Part shown: positions 1 through 64,000 of the stretch, piece after piece
How the letters are laid out: every line of letters starts with the position of its first letter
Position numbering within the stretch: position 1 is the stretch's first letter
From: Podarcis melisellensis
Lineage: Eukaryota
DNA: 64,000 nucleotides
Reading direction: 5' to 3' (one strand)
Assembly: GCA_964234715.1 (NCBI GenBank)
Contig: OZ174276.1
The notes under the pieces: generated by a model
Database searches by the model: none
The model's input: the letters and a program-made list of their open reading frames with translations, nothing else
Told to the model about the DNA's origin: nothing
Translations under genes and position numbers: made by a program

Positions 1-573
1 ACTGCTTGCCACCTTGGCCTCCTTTGGGAGGAAGGGTGGGCTGTGTATGAAAGTCATCATCAGCTAGCACGGCAATAGTCAGGGACGATGGTCGTTGTAG
101 TCTACTGACTTCTTGGGGACGAGACATTTCTCACCCCAATATATCATTGGACTCTTCTGCTTTCATGGGAGATGGTTGTATATTTTATTTTGTTAGAGGC
201 AGGCTTTCTAGGTTTTCAAGGCTTTCAAGGAAAGAGGCAGGCTTTCAAGGTTTCAGAGCTTATTGTCAAGCTGAGTGTGGAAGTTGAAGCTGCTTTGAAG
301 TGTTGTGCCACTAGCACAGCATCCTTTCAAACAAACAGGGCCTCCACATATCTTATTGCTAAGCAATGCACACTGCTTTTTCTTTTTTTTAAGGTGTCAA
401 GTCCTGCCCCAGATAATGTGCCAGTGATTTAAATGCTCTGCACTGCCTGTCCTATTCTTCCACCACAGTGAAGTATCTGTCAGAGACTGGCTGGATGAAG
501 AGGAGTGGTGGAAGGCAGTAGCTGGGGAACCCCCTAGAGATGTCCCAGAGGAAGAAGTCTCAGAGCCAGGAGA

Positions 574-634
574 CTGCATTTCAGGGGGCTGGACCAGATG
601 ACCCTTGGGTCCCTTCCAATTCTATGATTCTATG
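574..634 (+). mobile_element. CR1 LINE 3' end fragment
   Basis: GGACCAGATGACCC...CCCTTCCAATTCTATGATTCTATG, the CR1 octamer tail. Confidence 0.8.
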
Positions 635-825
635 GTGGTGGGACACTGAAGACATGTCAGAGAGGGTACAGGGGGGATGAATGGAGGCTGAAGAGACAAC
701 AGGCTTTAGTGTTGTGGTTTGAAAAAGGTTAAACCCCCTGCCTATTGAATGGTACTAGGAGCACGGATTGAGTAATCAAAGTTAAAAAGTCAAACTCCTT
801 TGCAAAAGAACCCAGACATCTGGAC

Positions 826-831
826 TTTAAT
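826..831 (-). terminator. Candidate distal poly(A) signal ATTAAA
   Basis: Minus strand reads TGTATATA...TTTATTAAAGTCCAGATGTCTGGGTTCTTTTG: upstream UGUA, downstream GU/U-rich. Confidence 0.5.
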
Positions 832-2199
832 AAATTATAAAATTAAAGGTTCTGATTTGTATATACATTTTAATATACAATTCATGGCTATTCATTGCAG
901 CTGACGTTAAGGCATATGCATTGTAGGTGAATGGCTGTGCCATACGAACATAGGTAATATTGTGCATTGTAGGTGAGTAAATATAGTAGTAGTAAATGCA
1001 TTACATAGTAAAAGTAAATCACAAAAAACCCTTTGAGTACTGGGTGAAGCACCATTTGGAGATATTTCAAGCAAGGCATTCTAAGGGTCTGTTCACATGA
1101 CATAGGGCACTTGTTGGAAAATGCTTGAAAATCTGGCATGTGCTGGCATTCCCTGCACCCACCGCCAGCAGGACCCAGCTTTGGCAACAAGGAGCATTTT
1201 CCTTGCATTTCCAAATGCACGTTGAGTTTTGCACTTGAATGGGGGTGCATTTGTACAGCTGGTCTCAGATAAGGAGCCAGGAGGCACAGGATTGTCAAGG
1301 GCCTAACACATGTCGGATGCTCATGTTTCAAGGCCCCAATTTGGTCTCCGTGGGTGCACAGCTTTTGAATGGCTGTGTTAACTGAGGAGAGAAAATTCTG
1401 CATTCAGATGAATAACTTAGTTCTGAAAACTCTTGTACGTAAAACGTAGGGCTTTGATATATGGGGATAGACAGAGTAAAATGGTAACAGTGTGGTGCTA
1501 AAGGCAATGCAGCCACGGCCAGATTTCAACAGGGGTAAAAAAAATAACATAACAGGGGGCAGCAGTAATTTACATGAAACACGCTTACTGAGGCAGTGGA
1601 ACTTAAGGGTTTCAATGAACTAGAAAAATATCCCTGCCTATTCCTTTGCAACACCTTGAGCTGCAGGAACCAGCCACTGAAGCCTTTCACAGCCTGAAGA
1701 GAAACATCATTACGTACCTGCTCAGGTTTGCAGATCAAGCAGCTATTAAAGAAGCAAAAAAAAAAGGGGGGGACAGGAGTTGGCAATTCCAATTGAATGT
1801 TATATCCTTCCAAGTGTTTTCAGGACCAAAACTATCACATTTAAGAATAGGGTCTTTTACTATCTTTTGTTTGTGTATTGTGCCAAGGACCCACCGGCCT
1901 CTTCTAAAAACTCAGGGCAGCGATAGTTAGAAGAGCTGTGTCATTGTACTCTGCTGCACCAGAGGCATAGCTATGCTTTAAAATGAACAAGTAGCATTAG
2001 GCTACTGTGTAGACTGCTAGGTATATAATGAAAAAGAAGACATTGCATGCTCCACAATAGAGTCAACAACTTATGAAATGTTCGTCGAACAAGAATTAAC
2101 CCACTTATTCCAGCACAAGAGAAATCATGTACTGTAGTAGTCCAGGACTCAGCTAGATTGGTAAAGAAAAAGTGTTTATATGTGTTGCATATAACCCTG

Positions 2200-2217
2200 T
2201 GCCACCAGATGGCGCTG
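2200..2217 (+). promoter_or_regulatory. CTCF binding motif
   Basis: TGCCACCAGATGGCGCTG matches CCASYAGRKGGCRS; a TGCA upstream-motif-like element lies ~16 nt 5' of the core. Confidence 0.6.
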
Positions 2218-3935
2218 TGGAGTCCCGTTTTTGCTAACCTGATTTCTCATACAAAGTTTACAACGCATTTAACTTTGATGTGTCTAGATCCAGCCCGGGT
2301 CAGGCATGAGACATTTGTGGTTTCCCTTTTTGCATTCCACTTCCATATCTAGTATATATGCTTAGACATATAGTAAGTAATTAGCCTATTCTGTCAACGT
2401 GCTGGCAGCCACCTCTGTCTATAAAAAGCAACTAGGAAACAGCTACAAAGAAAGGGGATTTTGTTTGGCAGTGCTTTTGTGGGTTGTTGTTTTTTGTAGG
2501 GTGCCAATACAAAAAGAAATTAAAAGGTGACGGTATTCTGTAGCAGTAAGTACTGTCACAAAGAGGTACCTTGGTCAGAGTACAGTTATCTTCTAATACA
2601 AAACTACAGATGCAGGAGGAAGAGAGGAAGCAGCAAGGAAGGAAAAGATCTGTATATGTTTCATAGAAAATAATAATAAGCCCACATTTTAATTTTTGTA
2701 AATATAGAAATTCTTGTCCATTAACAGTTAAACAATAAGTACTTTTCTCATTATTTAGCTGGCAATGTGCTCCAATGTTACTGGGCAGCACCACTGTAAG
2801 ACTTGTACTGTATGAAGTTACTTTCTTTTTCTTTCTTGTAGGTCTCATATACCCTGAACAGCAAGACAATAGGCACAAATCTAACAGCCGAAGTTCTTCC
2901 CAGCACCGAGTTTCAGTTATAAGGTAAGCTGTGCCTCTCAGACTTCTACCCATATGACTTTTAAAGGCACCGAAGCCCTATCACTGTATCAGAGTCTTGT
3001 GGAAGAAATTGGATGGGAAAACTTGAGGTGATAAAATAAATACGGGACAGCAAGATGATTTGCAGTGATGCTCCTTCCCCCATCGTAGCAGGATTATGGG
3101 GAAACCATTTTTGAGGGGAGAAATCCCAAGGATAGTGGAGCTACTTTAATACATATCTCCCACTGTTGCTTGACTTCCACATTAATGAAGGCTATAGGCA
3201 CAGTGTTACCTTTTTCAGTCAAGTGTGCCTTGCTGGGCTTCCTCCCTCATTTCTTTGCCTCACCGAAGCCCCCAACATTTTAAAAGCTGCTTACAATACA
3301 TCAAAGGGGGGGGGGTTAGTTTGATACAAGGTGAAAGACCCACTGGGCATGTGAAGCCCTTATTCACACATGCTTCTAGTTAATGGCCTAAACAGACCAA
3401 AAGCCACTTTTCTCCATTTGTTTGGAACAAAATAAATGTATGAAATTGTCCTCATTTCCACGAAGTGATGGCATAATATTGTGCTCCAAAGCATTCTGCT
3501 GGGTGGCAGCCTTTCCAGAAAAACTGAGCAATTCTATGTCCCTAATTACTAACACATGCCCCTAATTGCTTCCAATATCATTAGCAAGTTCCAATAAAAT
3601 TAATTAGCTGTCATGGGATTTATTTCTTCAGACACTTCACATTATTATGCTACATATACAGTGAACAGAACAGAACATGCAATTGCCCCTTTTTGTGGGG
3701 GTGGGGTGGAGAAACTAACTTTTGAATTAAGCAAGATTAAGATTATATCAGGCCTTACACTGGAAAGACCTCTCCCACTAAATAGGCTGTCATTTGGAAA
3801 ATATTTTCCACCATAGGTGTTCATGAAAGTACATTAATATGAAGGGGGACAAAGAGAAAGTGGAATCAGACTGTTTGGCAAAAAAGCAAACCTATGTCTT
3901 TCAGATGAGTTCTACAATTTCAGAGGAAGACCAGC

Positions 3936-4058
3936 CAGGGCCAGCCCAGGACATTTTGGCTCCAAAATGGTGCTAAGGAACACCAGGATCTGCTGCCCCA
4001 GTGAATCCTGTCACCTGAGGCAATCACCTCACTTTGCCTCATGAATGGGCCGGCCCTG
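3936..4058. mobile_element. Non-autonomous DNA transposon (hAT-like MITE) inside the putative 3'UTR
   Basis: TIR-like ends CAGGGCCAGCCC / GGGCCGGCCCTG; related sequence at ~19291-19630; no clear TSD. Confidence 0.55.
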
Positions 4059-6233
4059 GTACTAGTCTTGAAATGTTTACTGTTTCCAGAATGTTCTGCT
4101 ATGTCAATAGTAGTGTACGTTGGAACCCTCACTCATAGAACAACCATTCCAATCCCAACCACCATCTATTTGCCACCTACAAGGTATGCCAATGAAAACT
4201 TTGAATTGCTTAATAAGTTGCCTCTGAAATCTGTGGTTTAACTTGTACTAATGAGCTGCTGTTCAGTTAGATTATGAAGGCAGCAACAGCATTCAGAATC
4301 TTGCATTAACTGGTAAGCATTAAGCAGCTCAGATAAACATGGTAGTCAGAGCAGGAAGATATATTTTTTTAACACACACACCACATACAGGCTTTTTAGT
4401 CCATGCAGCCATTGAACTACTGTACTAGCAATAGCACCCAAAATATTTCCCTGTGCTCAGCTATTTTCCCCAGCAGCCACTAGATGTTTAAAAATAGCAG
4501 ATATACCTGGGAGTGTGATCTATTCCACTATCAAGTTAAATTGATGGGGAAACTTCATTTTCAGACCTGGCTCAAGCTTTAAGACCATACCTAGTCAGGA
4601 ATTAACATGGATGTTTTTGAATAACCAATCTAAAGTTGCTGTCCTGAGCACACCTATTGAGAAGTAAGTCCTAGTGCTTGGGCTTACTGACAAATAAACA
4701 CCTTTAGGATCTGACTGTACATTGATCTTTGATCAAAATGAGCAGTAAACCGACTATGTTGCTGCACGCTTTCTGAAAGTGCTGTGTGGGGTGAAACCAG
4801 TACTCAAAGGGCTGTCAAACTATACATTGCTAAGCGATTCAGTACTGTGTATACATATATATGCATAATGACATGCGTTTGCTTCTGCTACAGTACAGTT
4901 GTCCTAATGAATGGCTGAAAACCCAAGTTGTTCACCATCACAGTTACATAACATTGCACTGTAAAAAACCCGGAATAAGCAAAAGCTACATTTTCTTCAC
5001 ACACAAAAAGCACCAACTGAAATCAAAGGGCAATCCAGTCATTTAAATGAATCAGAGTATTGGTAAAAGTTGGGGGAAATGATCTACACCTGTTAAAACT
5101 CTGTAGTAATTGCATTGCAAGCATTTAAGATGATGAAATGCAGAACCAGAGGAGACTGGGGCAATGCAGCTCGATCCGGTGAGTGAATATATTAATAACT
5201 TAAAACATATTTTCCTGAATGCTATTATTTTAGAACATGGTGCTAAAGTTTAGTGTGCTACTCCTCTAGCTGAAGTTGACTGGGGCTAGTATATTGATTA
5301 ATGTTAAGAATGTATTGGTCCCTAAATGTGAGAAAAAGCAGATACAGTGATGATGCCTTTTACTGGAGCATTCCCCAACACTAGCATGTAAATCTTCCTT
5401 CTACAAGGACAACAGTGTTAAAAGATACTTTGGTCCGACTTGTGCTGCATGCAGTAGTTATCATTCTGTTGTTGTTTTTGCTTTCTTATTTTGTACATTA
5501 CGTGGCATCAATTCTGACCTACTTTTGTTTTTCAAGTGGTTAACAGAAAGCTTGATTTATGCTTGATTCCTGAAACAGGATCTGAATTAGGTCCTTTATA
5601 TCATGGTAGCCCATTTTTTGCTGCCGTCTGAGTATGGTAGCACCACCATTTAATTCAATGGAAAGACAGGCAAAAATGGCGCACCAGATTCCAGCACACT
5701 GACTTTGACATAAGTTCCACAGAAATAAATTGAACTTATTTCCACATAAGTATAGGTAGGACTTGATTTTTTATATATATAAAAAACAGACATGTGCTTC
5801 CCTGAAGCTGAAGTTCTATCAAGAGGCCTCCAAACACTGCTGGGGGATTTGGATCAAGCTATTAGAATCTCTTCTTAATTCTACAGAGTGCACCCAAGAA
5901 ACATTCTGTTGGACTCAAGAACACACACTGAGGGCGCAAGAGAGCCCACAAAAGAACCCTGCTGACCTTAGCGAGGCACCACCGCTAAGTAGCAGTGAAA
6001 CCTATGAAGATATTGCACTAGTATCTGTGGCACCTTGTAACCTTAGCCATTATAATATTTATATTAACTTAAATAATCCTAAATTTCCTTTTTTATTGCA
6101 GGCTATAGCATTTGGCATTTCTGCCATAGCACCACTATTTGTATCTAAGTCTCTCTGGTGACATGGGCTTTGCTCCAGCGGTGGTAGCATCTCTCTATAA
6201 GAGAGGAAAACAACTTTGTGTTGTCTTTCCATT

Positions 6234-61406
<55,173 letters not shown>

Positions 61407-62533
61407 CTGCAAGAGGACATAAAAGCATTAATTATGATTCCATAGGATAACAGGACTGAAATAGCCTAAAACAGCATCCTTCAACCTTGGGTCTCCAAAT
61501 GTTGTTGGATTACAACTCGTACCATCCCTCACCATTGGCTAAACATGATATTGTGGTTGACAAGTTTAAGAAACACTGCATGCCGGGGGGGGGGGGGAGA
61601 GTTTTTTAAGAGACACATTTTTCTTTCAAGAAAGAAAGAATCCTTTTAGGTTTTAAAAAGAATATCATTTCAGATATGCAACTTTGGAAGGCCTGCTGAC
61701 TAAGCGATCAAATTGTCTTGGGCGGGGGTGGGGTGTAAGATTGCAAACGGAGAGCCCAAGTGGTAGAATTTCAAGCTCTCGCTTTGGCCAGAGCAACTGA
61801 AGTGTGCCAAGCTGCAGAAATGACATCAAAGGAAGTCGATTTGTTGGAAGGAAGGCATTCTGCTCTGCCTGGTAAACAGGATTATGCCTTCTATTAGCCA
61901 TAGCAGAACACTAAGAGATATCCTTCCCAAGCTAAAGTCTGCAGAGTGCATACGCGACAACAACAGATGGGCCTATGGAAACAAACGTCAAAAAATGAAA
62001 CACTTTATTAGAGTCTGCAAACCAAATCAGAGTAGTAAGAATAATGTGCAGAGAAGGTTGCAGGAAGAAAGCGACCCGCATTCGTGCACCCACATCAGCA
62101 AAGGACTAGAATCTTTTGTTGCAGACAAAAATGGCAGCTCAGTGAATTTTGAACTGGGCACTGGATCACAAACAAATGTGCATTCCTGAAAGTGTGTGCT
62201 GGGCTGGAGAGACCAGGGTTTGAATAGCAGCCATGAAACTTACTGGGCGACCGTGGGCAGCTGCCCTCTCCCAGGTTAACCTTACACACATGATTTAAAT
62301 GAGATAACCATTTGGGGTTCTTGGAGGAAGGGCAGGATCCACAAGCAAGTAAAGGGCAGAATACTTAGATATAAGCTGATTTAAGGCTGGTGCATACTGC
62401 CCTGCTCATGGTATTTGGGGATAAGGGTGGAGCATAGTGTTATCTGGTGGGCCTCCTTCTCTACCAGTGTGTGCTGAAGAGCCTACCTGGTAGCTATGAC
62501 AGCACACTGAGCAGCTATGAAAGGCTGGGGCTC

Positions 62534-62608
62534 ATCACAATTTAAATTTCCCACAATGCCTTAGAGTGATGCATTGCTAGGGGCATTGTGGGAAATTTAA
62601 ATTGTGAT
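62534..62608. repeat. Perfect 27-bp inverted repeat, 21-nt spacer
   Basis: ATCACAATTTAAATTTCCCACAATGCC / GGCATTGTGGGAAATTTAAATTGTGAT. Confidence 0.92.
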
Positions 62609-62738
62609 CAGACCCAGCAGCTTAGAGTGACAGGCTAGGGGGGGAAATGAAGGGGGCCAAGATGGGACCAGCCAAAGTGGAAGAGCCACGGCATGTGCCC
62701 ACTGGTTACACACGCAAGGGCCAACCAGATAGGATGGC

Positions 62739-62900
62739 ACCATAGCTCAGTGGTAGAACATGCATGCTGAAGGTTTCTGGCACCTTCAGGAACAAACGAC
62801 CAGATGGCAACTGCTGTGAAGGAGCTGATGCCAGCCAGAGTACAGAACACTAGGCTAGATGGACAGACAGACTGACTCTAAGAGAGCTTATTATGTTCCA
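62739..62900 (+). mobile_element. Degenerate tRNA-derived SINE with a CR1-like tail (Squam3-like)
   Basis: A box TAGCTCAGTGGTAGA; 3' part ACTAGGCTAGATGGAC...TTATGTTCC. Confidence 0.55.
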
Positions 62901-63532
62901 CTTTCATTGGCAGCTTGAGGAAAGGCAGAGGGTAGAAACTGGATAGCAATTGTACTCTGTACAACAGAAACAGTCTGGCATTGCATATACAAATCTGCTC
63001 ATAAAGTATCAAGAGGCTGAATTACCTTAAATTTCTATGACCGTATAGTAAATGTTCCAAATTTATAGCCAATGTTCCAAAATCTAAGTTATCTGCTTCT
63101 GAACAAAGTTTTTAGAAATTCCACAAAACAGATGTCCTGGCAGAGCAAGCTTTTTAACATCGGAGGGATCTTTGTCTCCTCTTTGACAGTAATGTTGGCT
63201 TTAGAAAGGTCACAAACTTTCTGCTGGCTTCATGACCGGTTTATATTTTGTTGAGTTCCTCCCTCGAGCTTTTGGCCTTCTCAACTTTTGCCTACAAGCT
63301 ACAGTACAAAAATGTTCTGAAAACCTGCACTAAGTGCATAAACAGTTTTCACCAGCCTTACATTAACACTGCAGTCTCACGATCACGTCATGTGTTTACA
63401 GCACAATGACCCAATAATCTGTGCAGTAACTTCTTACATTGTGAATATAAATTGGGGACAAACCGGGGAGGAGACCCAAAATTCATCAGTTATCTAAATT
63501 CTGTCTTCTACTGCCTTGTTATTCCTCCACAC

Positions 63533-63730
63533 TAGTGGTTCGAATGTCAGACTAGGGCTGAGGAGACCCGGGTTCGAATCCCCTCTTGGCCAAGAAGCTC
63601 ATTGGGTGACCTTGGCCAGTTGCTATCTCTCAGCCTAACCTGTGAAGATAAAGAGAGAAGAATCCATTTTATACTGTCATGACCTCCTTGGCGAAAAGGC
63701 AGAATACAAATTAACAAGTAAAAATAAATT
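63533..63730 (+). mobile_element. tRNA-derived CORE/MIR-like SINE
   Basis: A-box-like TAGTGG, B box GGTTCGAATCCC, core GGGTGACCTTGGCCAGT. Confidence 0.7.
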
Positions 63731-64000
63731 TTATGGGTTCCACGCAGCCAAAGGAGTATGCTGGGGGGGTTGTGGAATGGGAGAACTGGGATGAGGGAAA
63801 GCACTATAAACATTTTAAGGTCTAATGTTGCACAGCTGAGGGGGGGGGGTGTGAGACAGTGGCAGAGGCTGGCACTATTGCTGACATATAGAGACCGAAA
63901 TTGGGTAAGAATATTACCCAACTTTAACTTTTTTGATGAAGAGCTTTTAAGCCTGCTGCAGGTTGTTTTCTCCACATAACTGCAGAGCTTCTAAAAAGGG

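Larger units (their letters stand above)
810..6233 (-). other. ADAMTS2: Putative long ADAMTS2 3'UTR (~5.4 kb)
   Basis: Follows the stop codon. AT-rich with few TEs, several miR-29 seed matches, ATTAAA candidates at 2693-2688 and 831-826. The end point is inferred. Confidence 0.55.

Noticed and set aside
200-256. Degenerate GGCTTTCAA tandem units
   Set aside because: A short low-complexity repeat with no functional indication.
63533-63600. Functional tRNA gene (also 55119-55170 and 62739-62790)
   Set aside because: The A/B boxes belong to SINE heads followed by SINE bodies; I could not form a complete cloverleaf.

Overview
Vertebrate genomic DNA, most likely a lacertid lizard (Sauria/Squam1-type SINE, BovB LINE and lizard-type MITEs). 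The window holds the 3' part of a minus-strand ADAMTS2 gene (procollagen I N-proteinase). I resolved 18 coding exons between 61406 and 6234, all with GT-AG boundaries and consistent phases; they correspond to human exons 5-22 as I recall the numbering. They join into 2745 nt (914 aa plus stop) covering most of the metalloprotease domain (HETGHVLGMEHD), the disintegrin-like, TSR1, Cys-rich and spacer regions, TSR2-4, PLAC and the C-terminal tail. The 5' exons lie beyond position 64000. A probable ~5.4 kb 3'UTR runs to about position 810. Introns contain many hAT and Tc1/mariner MITEs, SINEs, CR1/RTE/BovB LINE fragments and microsatellites. Almost all ORFs in the supplied track are spurious. I see no convincing new multi-gene system. 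The best leads are post-transcriptional: a candidate alternative terminal exon in the last intron that would drop the PLAC domain and the miR-29 sites, a miR-29 site cluster, a candidate in-frame acidic cassette exon in intron 10, RGE in place of the human RGD, a strong CTCF motif, nested TE insertions and long hairpins. All homology statements come from memory; no database search was run.
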